Assembly: GCA_951406725.2 (NCBI GenBank)
Contig: OX597815.1
Coordinates: forward strand, 194,618,001 to 194,682,000
Source of the DNA: Octopus vulgaris
Lineage: Eukaryota
Direction of reading: 5' to 3'
Length of the DNA: 64,000 nt
Below the pieces are notes generated by a model. It saw only the letters and a program-made list of their open reading frames with translations, ran no database searches and was not told where the DNA came from. A program made the translations under genes and the position numbers. Of this stretch, positions 24,824 through 39,111 are shown in pieces. How positions within the stretch are numbered: position 1 is the first letter of the stretch; each line of letters starts with the position of its first letter.

Positions 24824-25579
24824 TATGTATACATATATATATATATATTGTGTGTTGGTATACATATGAAGCCACACAGAAAATCAGATTCTCTAATAAA
24901 CACTTAAAAGTAGAAGAAAGAATAAAAGAACGGTAAAAAATATTTGACTGAAAAATCAACGATAAATGCCATTGCAGATTCTCTGAAAAGTCTGGGCGGT
25001 AAAGACCAGCCCACGCCGCACCACGTATGTGTATATGTGTTTCTGGTATGTGTATACAGATGCAAATTGGTGTGAGCATATAAATATATGCAGACACATA
25101 TACACACACATATATACACGCACACACACACACACACATTTATATATATATACATACACACACGCATTCGCGTACACATACGTACACATAAGTAGAACTA
25201 TATGTTTGTGCGTGTGTATAAGTATAAACATAACAAACTGAGAGGCATTAGGAATCTCACTAGTATCCTATTACATGAGTGAAAATGCTAGGTCAGAGGA
25301 GAGGAAAATGCATGAAGATATGTGATGTTAGCTGCGAGGGATGATGTTTTCAGATCAATGTATGTGGGGTGCAAATTTCTGAAGAAAACAATAGCGGTTT
25401 CCAATGGATCGAAAAGAAGAGAAAAACAGGAAAATGAATACAGACGAATTACATTGGTAAAACTCAACGCATAGGTGTTATACGAAGTGTTTATATACAT
25501 ATACACGAAGGTATTTCGTGTGCATATATGTATGTATGTTTATGTGAACATATGAGCATATGCTGAACTTTACACTGTT

Positions 25580-25693
25580 ATTTTTTTTCATTCTCTCTCC
25601 CTTTTTAATCTCTTATTCCTTTCAGTCGAAGAACATAGGCTCGAAATGTAGACTTTCCTATTTTTCCCGTGCGTCAAACTAGTAAACCTGCTT

Positions 25694-25697
<4 letters not shown>
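25580..25697 (+). mobile_element. Diverged copy of the HHR-like short repeat family (see 26022)
   Basis: cctttcagtcgaagaacataggctcgaaatgtagactt aligns to 26051-26090; followed by (TA)n. Confidence 0.55.
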
Positions 25698-25774
<77 letters not shown>

Positions 25775-25978
25775 AATACATATATTGTTTTTATACCTAT
25801 TATATACGTTAAATATATTTTATTATATACATTTTATATACATTTTTATTATTTTTGTAATTTACTTAATCTTTAAACTTTTTATTGTTATTTTCATTTT
25901 AACTTTTCTATTATATGTAATTTTCTAGATGGTGTAATTTAATTATTCATTTTGAATTGATAAAGGTGGGTTTTTCTC

Positions 25979-26021
<43 letters not shown>

Positions 26022-26027
<6 letters not shown>

Positions 26028-26178
26028 TCTCTCCTTGTTTTTTGTGTGTCCCTTTCTGTAGAGGAGCGTAGCTCGAAACGTAAATGACTTTTTCTATTCC
26101 TGAGCGTTATACTAATGCATCTGTTTGTTTTGTACACCACCTGTCTCCGTCATTTGTTGTTTTTTTCGTAAACTCTCC

Positions 26179-26182
<4 letters not shown>
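26022..26182 (+). mobile_element. TA-flanked short repeat with a variant hammerhead-like motif (Penelope pLTR-like)
   Basis: cttt CTGTAGA g GAGC gta GCTC GAAAC GTA aatg at 26052-26086. Related copies at 25580, 58555 (3' part) and 62865. Confidence 0.65.
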
Positions 26183-26252
<70 letters not shown>

Positions 26253-26476
26253 GGATATAAAATTAAATAAGGGTAGAAATTGATATTAATCAATTAAAAC
26301 CAGTGGCCTAGCATATTTAAAAAAAATCTGAAGATTAAATTGTTTTTACATACAAAATTTAGGTTTTTTGCTGAGCGTTTTTCTTCAGAACACATTCTTC
26401 GTGGAAAACTGCGATTTTGAAGTCTATATCTAGCGTATAGGCTGTCCAATTTTAGTGGTCAGTCCTCTAAATTTTG

Positions 26477-26519
<43 letters not shown>

Positions 26520-26769
26520 CTGTGTGTGTGTATGTGCGTGCGTGTGTGTGCGTGCGTGTGTGTGTATAATAAAAGAAGCGAAATGCACACAATTTACATA
26601 GTTTCAATCTAAGGGGAAATAATTGGTGATTATTATTATTGAGGACAGGGGAGGTAATTGCTCATCTTTCGGGGAGGGGATAATTATATATATGTGAAAA
26701 CTCAAAAGTTAAAGTAGTGAGATGTAATGTGTACAGTGATGGGCATGTGACCATGAATTAAAATTTATA

Positions 26770-27320
26770 TTGGGACCAAAGTTCGTTACGCGCTCATATT
26801 TAATCGTATCTATTTTTCGGTGAACTAATTTTCGGTGAACTATTTTTCGGTGAACTAATTTTCTTTATTTAAATGTTCTTGTACAGAAATTGTTTCTTTG
26901 CACTGGCAAGTGCACTGATGAGGAAAACTATGAAGTTTGATTGTATATTACCTTCACATCTCTCTATGTGTTCACTCAAAGGAATCTCTCTGTATTGTGG
27001 GAATCGGATCTGTTCTTTCTGTAGTGTGGTTCTCCGTCGCAGTGTCATATATGTCTGTCCTATATAGCTATGTCCTCAAGCTGAATAGGTTCTAATATAT
27101 ATTAGGTTCTCGGAAGCACGAGAGAAGTTGGTTTTAATTGTGACCCTCCCTCCTCGTTCAAATAGAAATTCCCAGCCGTCCAGTAGGTTGGGGCATGTTC
27201 CACAGTTTATGTGTCCAAATCTTTTAACCAATGGTTTCGTGGTTGTTACGTAAAGCTTCGCATTTGTTAGAAGTCTTTGAAGCAATCCGTGTTGCTTTTT
27301 TGCATATGCAACTCACCACG
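26770..27320 (-). pseudogene. Penelope-like element GIY-YIG endonuclease fragment
   Basis: Minus strand reads LLTNAKL...CGTC...SENLIYIRTYSA*GHSYIGQTYMTLRRRTTLQKEQIRFPQYREIPLSEH, i.e. the NLIY...YIGQT...LR.R signature with an upstream Cys motif; in-frame stop. Confidence 0.88.
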
Positions 27321-27345
27321 TGGGGAATAATCTAAATTCTCCTAC

Positions 27346-27425
<80 letters not shown>

Positions 27426-27559
27426 CGTATACATATACATATACACATTCTCATACATATACATATAAACGTATATACATGTCTCTATATGCATATATGC
27501 ATATATATATATATATATGCATATATATACATTTACATACTATATATGCATATATATTT

Positions 27560-27594
<35 letters not shown>

Positions 27595-27708
27595 GTTGAC
27601 AGATGAGTTTCAAGATGCTCAAAACACAGAAAAATTAGTAGCGCTAAAATTATTTGAATGTACGCTTTGAAGTCGTTTCTGAGGACTAAGTCTGCAGGTT
27701 AAAGAGTC

Positions 27709-27862
27709 GTTGTGGCTGTGTGGTAAGAAGCTTGTTTCTCCCCCACATGGTTCTGGGTTCAGTCCCATTGCGTAGTACCTTGGACGTATCTTCTATTTTA
27801 GCCTCGGGAAGACCAACGCCTTGTGAACGGATTTAGTAGACGGAAACTGAAAGAAGCCTGTC

Positions 27863-27916
<54 letters not shown>

Positions 27917-28587
27917 AAAACATGAAGTTCGAAAATGCTGCTATATTATACAATTTTTAATTTTTATATATACATTATAACATGTTTCAGTTCCTGAAAT
28001 GAACCTTATCAAAAAAGTTATATATAAAAAAAGACAGCTCATGCCGTCAAACACAAGAAATTCATTTACAATACACAATGTAGTCAGACATCTTAAAGTT
28101 CAAATATAGTCTGAAGTAAGTTCATTCATGCTATATGTTCAAAGTGTTCGATGCAGTGGCCCACGGTGGCGATACGTATTCAATACAAAAAACAGATCAA
28201 AGTGGTGGAAAGCAGTCAATACAGAAGATTGATGTTCCCGAAAGAGCGAGGAATTAATTTTTACCTTGAGCAATTGTGATGACCCATGGTGGATGTTCGC
28301 TGGGTGATTCTAGTGAGTCTTGTAAATTGTTCGGGTTTTATAATGCCTGTTAGGTGGTCAGTCCAGTGTAGCGTGACGTCATCAACGTGTTGACCAATCG
28401 TTTCGTTAGGTGGCTTTAGTCAAGCAGAACGGTACGTCATCAACATTCTGACCAATCATGACCTATCGCTGTATTATAACTGCCTCTTGTCTGTATCCTG
28501 TTTTGACCAGTCGTTTCGTTAGGTGGCTTAGTCAAGCAGGACGGTACGTCATCATGATTCTGACCAATCACGACTTATAGCTGTATT

Positions 28588-28632
<45 letters not shown>

Positions 28633-28821
28633 TATATTTATATGTGTGTATGTCTGTGTTTGTACTCCCACCATCGCTTGAGAACCGATGTTGGTGTGGT
28701 TACGTCCCCGTAACTTAGCGGCTCGGCAAAGGAATAAGTCCTAGGGTCGATTTGTTCGACTAAAGGTGGTGCTGGAACATGGCCGCATCAAATGACTGAA
28801 ACAAGTAAAAGAATAAAAGAA
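27709..28821 (+). mobile_element. SINE family B split at its internal (TA)n by a ~680-bp insertion (27912-28590)
   Basis: 5' half at 27709-27865 and 3' half at 28630-28821 are collinear with intact copies. Confidence 0.85.
27912..28590 (-). mobile_element. Pseudo-LTR-like insertion with promoter motifs and a degenerate HHR
   Basis: TA-flanked. Duplicated ~90-bp unit with CCAAT and ACGTCA motifs, TGACGTCA at 28374-28381, minus-strand TATAAAA at 28336-28342, HHR-like motif at 27975-28015. Confidence 0.5.
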
Positions 28822-29296
28822 TATATACTTGCAAATCGAGAGAAAACAAAGATTGAAAATATTCAGATATTACACAGAGTACAAAGACAAAAAATTTAAG
28901 GGGAAAATATACCTTGTTACAGGTGCGACATCTGTTTCTGGGGAATTCAAAATGTTAGCAGACATATATTGCAAAATGTCAATCATATGAAAGCAGTAGT
29001 GCAAGCATATAAACATTAGGTAGATCCGGCCTCCGTCTTCAGGAAAGAAAGATATATATAGCCACGTCTGTGTAAGTATGTATGTATATAGATCTACAAG
29101 TATACACACACAGTCGCCAGAGACCATTTTACTATCACAAGTAGCAGAACTGTATATACTGCATATACAAAGGCGTATGTATAAACGCCAACAAATATAA
29201 CATGCGAACTGCCCCACCGGGAAAAATAGTTTCTTTAATAACCCATCACATAACACAAACATACACACACGCACATAGATACAAACGTGCGCTAAA

Positions 29297-29932
29297 TTTG
29301 ATGGACGAGTACACTTAAGATAAATACCCAGAAGCATACAGTTCTACATATAAATGTAAAGATACATATTGTTTAACGAAATCATGAGGATCCCCTGTCG
29401 ACAGCAGCTGACGGAATTTCTCACAGCTTTGGCAGTATTTAGATAAATTGATTACTTGCCAGGGAAGAATCGCTGGCAGTTTGGAAAGACAAGGTAACAC
29501 ATGAGAAGGTTAACGTGGTGTCTCACAAAGGCAAGAGGTCAACGTCGAAAGAGACAAGTTAATCTAGGGTGGAATACGGGAAATGTGAGGATAGTTTTCG
29601 GGTTATGTCATTAGGAAACAAGGCTATCAGATCGAATTAGATAACAGTGTGTGAATTACAAGCTTACGGCTGTGGAAGGATGTTTACAAGTATCTATATT
29701 ACGACTCTAAAAGGAAAATACCATAAAGAACTAATAAAATATTTGCGTTCTTTTATAAGGCCTCACACATATTCTGTTAACGATTTACCAGCATCTACGG
29801 AGTCTTTCATAAAAGATGACAGTTATAGAGAGAGAAGGAAAATCGTTATCATGTCTGTGATAAGTGGAACGAATCTGTCCAGAACGTCTCGTTCTGTTGT
29901 TACAGTGTGAAATTTGGAGAGAGGATTCAGAG
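29297..29932 (+). repeat. ~640-bp low-copy direct duplication, copy 1
   Basis: Collinear with 33637-34272 from aaatttgatggacgagtacac to agaggattcaga, with scattered substitutions. Confidence 0.95.
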
Positions 29933-30175
29933 GTACCACGCCACACGCATATGCAAAGAAATATTATCTTCCGTATATACTATAGTTTAAAGGAGATAGT
30001 TGCTCTCTGTTTTGTTGCAGAACTACCACGTTCTCAAAGACTTGCTTTCAAAGGAATAGAAAAATGAACCCAAAACTAACTGAAAAAAAAAAATGCACTT
30101 TGATTGAAGATAACAATACCTATTTCATTACAGTTTTATTCAATTTTCTGTTCAAAAACTACTTAGTGGTATAAG

Positions 30176-30594
30176 TGCAGGAGTGTCTGTGTGGTAAGTA
30201 GCTTGCTAACCAGCCACATGGTTCCGGGTTCAGTCCCACTGCATGGCATCTTGGGCAAGTGTCTTCTATTATAGCCCCGGACCGACCAATGCCTTGTGAG
30301 TGGATTTGGTAGACGGAAACTGAAAGAAGCCTGTCGTATATATGTATATATATATATATGTATATGTGTGTATGTGTGTGCGTTTGTTCCCCTAGCATTG
30401 CTTGACAACCGATGCTGGTGTGTTTACGTCCCCGTCACCTAGCGGTTCGGCAAAAGAGACCGATAGAATAAGTACTGGGCTTACAAAGAATAAGTCCCGG
30501 GGTCGATTTGCTCGACTAAAGGCGGTGCTCCAGCATAGCCGCAGTCAAATGACTGAAACAAGTAGAAGAGTAGAAGAGTAGAAGAGAGAAGAGT
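30176..30594 (+). mobile_element. SINE family B, full length
   Basis: Head to (AGAAGAGT)n tail. Confidence 0.92.
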
Positions 30595-30883
30595 GGAATT
30601 GAAATTTAACATCGAAAAAGAACATTAGCCGAGTAGATGTGAAGTTAAAAGGCGTCCTTCTATGTTTAATGTTCTTGTAAATCTAAGTCCGCTTTATAAA
30701 TCTTTGAATATACGACTAAATTATTTACAGCAGAATTAGAGATTTTCAATTTAACATGTTGGTTGTCATTTCCACCTGTTGTTTGCAAAATTTATGACTG
30801 GGATAATTACTCTTCGAAAGCGTATGTGTGTGTGTGCGCATGTGAGTCTATGCGTGCATGTGTGAATGTGTGTGTATACATGG

Positions 30884-31025
<142 letters not shown>

Positions 31026-31050
31026 TAAATAGATACATATATGTATACAT

Positions 31051-31096
<46 letters not shown>

Positions 31097-31139
31097 CAGG
31101 AAGAGAGAGACAGAGTGAGATATGAAGAGATAGATCGAT

Positions 31140-31408
31140 AGATTGATTGATTCGGCAGTATTCGTCGGTCTTGGAAGACCATGGATCTGCGCCTGGACAA
31201 TTTCCTGCCAGCTGTTGATGGTGATGCAATGTCTGCTGTAGCTGCACAGGCCCACACTGCAGTGACAGTCTCGTATGTGGCGACTGCACTTAAAGAAGCT
31301 CTGCAACGGCGTCACTGAGTTGTTTCTTTCTTCGACTGCGCTGTTCTTCGGTAGCAAGTCCCAGTTTGTCTTCTCGCTCCATAACCTTACGTACTACCTG
31401 TCTCCAGC
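31140..31408 (-). mobile_element. RTE-clade LINE 3' end with C-terminal zinc-finger remnant
   Basis: Minus strand [12 protein letters not shown]...QRSRRK, then [23 protein letters not shown]; short 3'UTR and (AATC)n tail. Confidence 0.8.
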
Positions 31409-31417
31409 GTGCCCAAT

Positions 31418-31459
<42 letters not shown>

Positions 31460-31726
31460 TACATACCTACATATATACATACTTACATACGTACATACAT
31501 ACATAATACACACACACACATAATATATATATATTTAGGTCTTTACTGTGCATAATATGCCTCACGCTACGAGGGACTCTTAAAGACCAAACTACCATAA
31601 TAAACGCAATGTACCGAACGCGAGGAAATGCAACTCTCGAAGCGAGCTCTTTAAAAACAGATTCAACCACATCATATGATTTCATAATTAGTGCACAAAA
31701 TGCACTTTTTAATCGTCAGTGCAGGT

Positions 31727-31772
<46 letters not shown>

Positions 31773-33053
31773 TTAATAAATTATTAATAGCGACAAAAGC
31801 CGTATTAATACCAAATGGAATGGTATTATTTATCCCCACTGACATGTGGCTGTTGAATCAAAAGACAGAATATTATGCTTCTTACCATGCGAAAACCTAT
31901 CACACGGGCTGTTGCTGCATATAAGCAATCATGTATATATCGCTATTCGTTTATACATAGATACTAAGATATATACTTTTATACATACTTACAACACCGG
32001 AGTGAAAAGTTTAAATAAATATCTTATTAATTCAATGACTTTCAAGAAACAAGAGAAGCAGTTTTTACGTTTTCGTTGTTAGTCTTTCATCAGAAGAAAG
32101 CGTGGGAGAAGAGAGAATATGGAAAAGCGGTTGAGAAGACTGAAGCGATTTTCTGTTGGAGAATTTAGACGGAAAGTGGAGCAAAGGTTTGCGCACGTAT
32201 GGGTGCGTTACGCTCTTTGGAGACAGCAGTGTGTGTGATAATTTGTGGTGTATATAAGTTTGTTGAGTTGCGCAAGTACGGAAGTATTGTGGTGCGTGGG
32301 TGTTTGTGTGTGTATGTGTGTGTATGTGTGTGTAATCATATTGGTTGTATGTGTGACAAAAGGGTGGAAGTAGGAAGTTGGGAGCAGGTGTGAGAGTGTA
32401 AGGTAAAAGGTAAAGCCAGAGAAATCTTGGAGGTGTGATAGATGTGTGGAAGGTTATGGATGTAAAATGCAGTTGCATGGAAAGAAGGAAAAAACATGAA
32501 CAAAGAAATCGAACGAGTGAAAGGTGTTGGGAGTTCAATGGGAGGAGAGAAAGAGAGAAGAGGATGAAGAATAGAGAATGAACAACTGCAATAAACCAAT
32601 GGTATGAAAACAGAATTGTTTCTTCTGTAAGAGAATGTAAAATAAGTGAGGCACGTGGAAAGGCGAGAAGAAAGCGACAGAGGTGGGAGTACGTGTTGGA
32701 GTGTAAAGTGTATTAACGTAAGGAAGAAACAAAGAACAAAATGTAAAAAAAATGAGGAGAAACGAAAAAGGGGAAACCTGAAAGTTCTGAGAAATGAATA
32801 GCGATATAACACCGATAAAAAATATTTTCAAAATATTTTTTTTCCCTGAAATGAACCAACATTTCCGAAACGTGGGATTTCTCCTCTACAAAAGGCATAC
32901 CAACTTATCAGATAACACGAATTTGATTTTATACCCTTTAATTACGCAAACATAAAGATAGGCAATCTTCAAATTTAATAGACGACCAGAGATATGAGTA
33001 AACACATTCGTAATCAAATATCCATACAAAGGAAGACGTATTGATGCCGGATC

Positions 33054-33165
33054 TGATACACACGTACGTGATACACACCGAGCCGATACACACGTACGTT
33101 AATATACCTCAAGCAACACGTACGTTTATATACATCAAGCAACACGTACGTTTATATACATAAGC
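33054..33165 (+). repeat. Minisatellite of ~25 bp with ACACGTACGT core (4 copies)
   Basis: Directly visible repeated acacgtacgt motif. Confidence 0.75.
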
Positions 33166-33235
33166 TGCACAAATGTGGATTCACATGTAAATACACTAAC
33201 ACATACACGTTTCCTCTTCACAAAGCAGTCTTTAC

Positions 33236-33525
33236 TTGAGCGCCACTATACAGCACTTTGGGCAAGTACTGCATAGTGGGGTTGACCAAAGGCTTATGAG
33301 TGGTTTTGGTTGGCCGAAATGAAAGAAGCCCATTGTGCATACACTCAGTATAAACCTATGTGTGAATCTTTGTGATTTTGTTTGTACCCAACACCGCTGG
33401 ACAACCGGTGCTGGTTTGTTTATTTCTCCGTTACCTAGCAGTTTGGCAAAGGAGACGAATGACATGAGAAAGAAGCTTAAAAATAAAACAAACACTAGGG
33501 GCAATTAAGTCCAATGATTGAAACA
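33236..33525 (+). mobile_element. SINE family B-related, old
   Basis: ctttgggcaagt...gaccaaaggcttatgagtgg...ggacaaccggtgctggtttgttta...ggcaaaggagac. Confidence 0.65.
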
Positions 33526-33636
33526 ATCAACACACTCACACACATACACGAACGCATGCGCACACACACACAAATATGCAATTTCTTCCGTTCACTTATA
33601 AGAAAATATTTCTGAAAAGACATGAACAGAGTGCAA

Positions 33637-34272
33637 ATTTGATGGACGAGTACACTTAAGATAAATACCCAGAAGCATACAGTTCTACATATAAATGTAA
33701 AGACACACATTGTTTACCGAAATCATGATGATCCCCTGTCGACAGCTGCTGACGGAATTTCTCACAGCTTTGGCAGTATTTAGATAAATTGATTACTTGC
33801 CAGGGAAGAATCACTGGCAGTTTGGAAAGACAAGGTAACACGTGAGAAGGTTAACGTGGCGTCTCAGAAAGGCAAGAGGTCAACGTCGAAAGAGACAAGT
33901 TAATCTAGGGTGGAATACGGGAAATGTGAGGATAGTTTTCAGGTTAGGTCATTAGGAAACAAGGCTATCAGATCGAATTAGATAACAGTTTGTGAATTAT
34001 AAGCTTACTGCTGTGGAAGGATGTTTACGAGTATCTATATTACGACTCTAAAAGGAAAATACCATAAAGAACTAATAAAATATTTGAGTTCTTTTATCAG
34101 GTCTCACACGTATTCTATTAACGATTTACCAGCATCTACAGAGTCTTTCATAAAAGATGACAGTTATAGAGAGAGAAGGAAAATCGTTATCATGTCTGTG
34201 ATAAGTAGTACGAATGTGTCCAGAACGTCTCGTTCTGCTGTTACAGTGTGAAATGTGGAAAGAGGATTCAGA
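33637..34272 (+). repeat. ~640-bp low-copy direct duplication, copy 2
   Basis: See 29297-29932. Confidence 0.95.
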
Positions 34273-34347
34273 AGTACATGACTGATTTATGCATTCTTAA
34301 ATAGGAAAATGCCTCTGCACTTTCGAGCAATGCCATTCTTTAACGTA

Positions 34348-34412
<65 letters not shown>

Positions 34413-34417
<5 letters not shown>

Positions 34418-34649
34418 CTCTTTTACTCTTTTACTTGTTTCAGTCATTTTGACTGCGGTCATGCTGGAGCACCACCTTTAGTCGAGCAAATCGACACCGG
34501 GACTTATTCTTTGTATGCCCAGTACTTATTCTATCGGTCTCTTTTGCCGAACCGCTATGTGACGGGGACGTAAACACACCACCATCGGTTGTCAAGCAAT
34601 GCTAGGGACAAACACAGACACACAAACACAGACAAACACAGACACACAA

Positions 34650-34696
<47 letters not shown>

Positions 34697-34838
34697 TATA
34701 TACGACAGGCTTCTTTCAGTTTCCGTCTACCAAATCCACTTACAAGGCATGGTAGAAGGCACTTGCCCAAGATACCACGCAGTTGGACTGAACCCGCAAC
34801 CATGTGGTTGGTTAGCAAGCTACTTACCACACAGCCAT
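34413..34838 (-). mobile_element. SINE family B
   Basis: Reverse complement of family B with a small internal deletion. Confidence 0.9.
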
Positions 34839-34890
34839 AATGGTTCTTTTAACATGCCGAAACAACTTGGTGAAAATATTAAAATCTAGA

Positions 34891-34981
<91 letters not shown>

Positions 34982-35494
34982 TTATGCATATATATATGTA
35001 TTTATATGTAAGTAAGGGAATATTTAATGGAGACAATACTCCATATATCGTACAACTGTTTTTTGCTCGTTTATGAGCTAAAGAGTAATAAAAGTTGTTG
35101 TAGAAGAAAACACTTTCAGTTGTCAGAACATTACATCCGAAAACGAAATCATGTTTACAGTGATTTATAAGACTTGGATGGCGTACATGTTTACATTGCA
35201 AATTCAAGTAATAATAAAGAAATAAAAAAAAAAAATAATAATGCAAAAATAAAAAATAAAATATATAATAAAAATAAGATATAAAATGTAGATGAACAAA
35301 TATATAATAGCATATGTGTGCAGATACATGTATTTGAGAGAGGATAGAGTTTCGTAATACGAGGTATTATGAACGTAAAAGTCAATTTAAAAACCACGGA
35401 AAGTGAAATTCAGTTAGAACCTACGGCCGTTTCAGAGGGTAGTTTGAGATATACTAAACAGATTTTCAATTCCTGCATGTTGAGTAAACGTTTT

Positions 35495-35519
35495 TATTAT
35501 GATTATTATTATTATTATG

Positions 35520-35551
<32 letters not shown>

Positions 35552-35566
35552 CATTATTATTATCAA

Positions 35567-35644
<78 letters not shown>

Positions 35645-35650
35645 CATTAC
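35495..35650. repeat. (TTA)n microsatellite (also 332-393)
   Basis: Directly visible. Confidence 0.95.
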
Positions 35651-35775
35651 TTGAATTTGTAATATAAACATGTATCCCATCCAAGTATTACAAATCACTG
35701 TAAACACATTTTTGTTTTTGGAGGTAAAGTACTGACAGATGAAATTTTTATCTTTTACAAGAAAATATATATGCA

Positions 35776-35849
<74 letters not shown>

Positions 35850-35989
35850 CCTAACTATATACACAGATAAATGTTAGAAACCTCATTCAGGAATAGCAAA
35901 ATCCTATGAAAATAATCGTTAGTTACCCATACAAGGAATATTAAACATTGCAGTTAACACGCAATTGCAGGGTAACTACATAAACCGTA

Positions 35990-36037
<48 letters not shown>

Positions 36038-36533
36038 CATAATAGAATGTTTAAGAAAACAAAAGAAAATTATGAATTTGCTTTAAAATTTGAGATTACC
36101 TAGACGATATTTTACATCGGATATGGGAAGTTCCCATGAGCACTATCTTCTGAATTTATGCCATTTTGGGGTTTCCTGGTATCTGAGCTAAGCAGCAGTC
36201 AGCCTCGTTTGCTATTATTCCTAAGGCACTTGTGACAACAGGCATTGTTTAAGTCTTGAGGTTCCACATTTTGCCAATTTCTATTTCAAGGTCTTATTAT
36301 TATTAAAATTTCAAGGTCTTATTAGTATTATTAAAATTATTATTATCATTACGTATTTTTTCCCATTGTTTTCCACTTACGTTCCCTCAGCTCCCACTTC
36401 TTCAAATCCCAGGTCAAACTCCTCATCCTTTGCGTTTTTATTCTTTTCGTTCTTCTGCAATTCTTTGTTTTGCTTCTTGGTGTCACACTTGCTCTTCATC
36501 TTCATGCTTATTCCTTGCAACTTCTACAACACT

Positions 36534-36889
36534 TCATCATCATCATCGTCATCATTATGATCGTCATCGTCATCATCATGATCGTCATCGTCATCGTCAT
36601 CATCATAATCATCATGATCATCATCATTATGATCGTCATCGTCATCGTCATCGTCATCATCATGATCATCATCATCATGATCATGATCATCATGATCATC
36701 ATCATCGTCATCATGATCGTCATCATCATCATCATCATGATCGTCATCGTCATCGTCATCATCATCATCATCCTCATGATCATCATCACCATCCTCCTCC
36801 TCCTCCACCTCCTCCTCCTCCTCATCATCATCATGACCGTCATCGTCATCGTCATCATCATCAGCATCTACTTCATCATCATCATCACC

Positions 36890-36926
<37 letters not shown>

Positions 36927-37009
36927 TACTTCATCATCATCATCATCATGATCGTCATCGTCATCATCATCATCATCACCATCCTCCTCCACCTCTTCCT
37001 CCTCCTCCA

Positions 37010-37040
<31 letters not shown>

Positions 37041-37046
37041 TTCATC
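36534..37046. repeat. Compound (CAT/CGT/GAT/CCT)n trinucleotide tract
   Basis: Directly visible; explains the His/Asp/Met-rich ORFs in all frames. Confidence 0.95.
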
Positions 37047-37416
37047 ATAGTTTTCTTTCCACAGCGCTTTTTTTTCTCTTCTTATTCGCGTCATCATCTC
37101 TTATCGGCTTAATTTAAGGAATTGTGTGAGATTGTTCCGTCAGTGTGTGTCGAATTCCTGTTAATACCTGGGGTCGCTGCTCCTTATACAATCCACATAA
37201 TAGGAAAATAATGGCAGTATTTATGAAGATAAGTAACACTTCGTGCATAGTTTCATTACATATTCAGTTGGAGAATGTCATTAAAATGTTACCCATGGCA
37301 TTTTTATGTTATTTTGTTTTACTACTTTTGCAGAAACTGCCTAAATTCACATGCACACATTTGAAGACATCTTTGTCCCGTAAATTTATACACACGCAAA
37401 CACACACATTCACAAA

Positions 37417-37452
<36 letters not shown>

Positions 37453-37503
37453 TGTATGTATGTATGTATGTATGTATATATATATATATACATACATATA
37501 CGT

Positions 37504-37555
<52 letters not shown>

Positions 37556-38208
37556 TGTATGTATATATATATATAGAAAATAGAAAAGAGTGAAAAAGCT
37601 ACAGAATCCAACCACGTGCTTTCACACACCAACTTTCTCACCTATATATATACATATATATATATATATACATATATATATACATACACATAACTAGAAA
37701 CATAGATACAAATACATAAACGCTTACCTACTTATTATGCATACGTCTTTATTATATGCATGCATATAAATACACATCCACACATATGGATATATGTATT
37801 TTAAGTTGTTTTTCAAGCAGGATATACGTATATTTAAGTCTCTATATAGAAGGATATATCTATGTTTAATTGTAAATGTATGGATATATGTATGTAGGTT
37901 GCTTTGTGTAAAGGAATCGAGGCAACCGAAGTTGCAGCTTAAAAAAGGAACGACTATGACACCCTAAACTATCAGACCCATTTTTCTCCCTATGTATCAT
38001 ATCAAACACCTCTCTGTTAAGTAACTCGTATTTCCGACCGCCTCTCATACCAACTATTTCTCTCTTTCTCTCTCCCTCTCCCTTGCTCCTCTGTCTCTTT
38101 CTCTGTTTGTCTGTTTGTCTCTGTCTCTCTCTCTTTCCATATAAGCAACACCTCTCTATATTTCTTACTCTCTGTATTCATCTCCTCTTCGATATTCTGT
38201 TTCAGTAA

Positions 38209-38818
38209 GGCGGCGAGCTGGCAGAATCGTTAGTACGCCGGGCGAAATGCTTAGCGGTATTTCGTCTGCCGTTACATTCTGAGTTCAAAATCCGCCGAGG
38301 TCGACTCTGCCTTTTATCCTTTCGGGGTCGATTAAATAAGTACCAGTTACGCACTGGGGTCGATATAATCGGCTTAATCCGTTTCTCTGTCCTCTCTGTG
38401 TTTGGCCGCTTGTGGGTAGTAAATAAATAGGTATTTCATCTGTCTTTATGTTTTGAGTTCAAATTCCACCGAGGTCGACGTTGCCTTTCATGCTTTCGGG
38501 GTTGATAAATTAAGTAGCAGTTACACACTGGAGTCGATGTAATCAACTTAATCCCTTTGTCTGTCCTTGTTTGTCCCCTCTCTGTGTAGCCCCTTGAGAG
38601 CAGTGAAAAAATACGAGACGTTAACCCGCCGAGCGAAATGCTTAGCAGTATTTGATCTGTCTTGACATTCTTCGTTCAAATTACACCGATGTCGACTTTG
38701 CCTTTCATCTTTTCGGGGTCGATACATTAAGTACCTGTTGCGTACTGGGGTCAATCTAATCGACTGTCGCCTTCCCCCAATATTTCGGACCTTGTTCCTA
38801 GAGTAGAAAAATAATATT
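38209..38818 (+). mobile_element. SINE family A, trimeric array
   Basis: Three successive B-box plus core modules; the last ends with the cctagagtagaaaa-type tail. Confidence 0.88.
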
Positions 38819-38892
38819 CTGCTTCAGTTTTTTAACATCGTATACACTTTTGTTTCGTTCCCATCGGATTTTTATTACTTTAATACTTTATC

Positions 38893-39058
38893 AGGCGCAG
38901 GAGTGGCTGTGTGGTAAGTAGCTTGCTAACCAACCACAGAGTTCCGGGTTCAGTCCCACTGCGTGGCATCTTGGGCAAGTGTCTTCTGCTATAGCCCCGG
39001 GCCGACCAATGCCTTGTGAGTGGATTTGGTAGACGGAAACTGAAAGAAGCTTGTCGTA

Positions 39059-39111
<53 letters not shown>

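Noticed and set aside
28905-29017. Peptide YRCDICFWGIQNVSRHILQNVNH resembling a zinc finger
   Set aside because: Single short frame with non-standard Cys-His spacing and no linker or neighbouring fingers.
36430-37117. His-rich, Asp-rich and Ile/Met-rich ORFs that could suggest a histidine-rich protein
   Set aside because: Open in nearly all frames because of a compound trinucleotide tract; no splice sites, signal peptide or unique domain.
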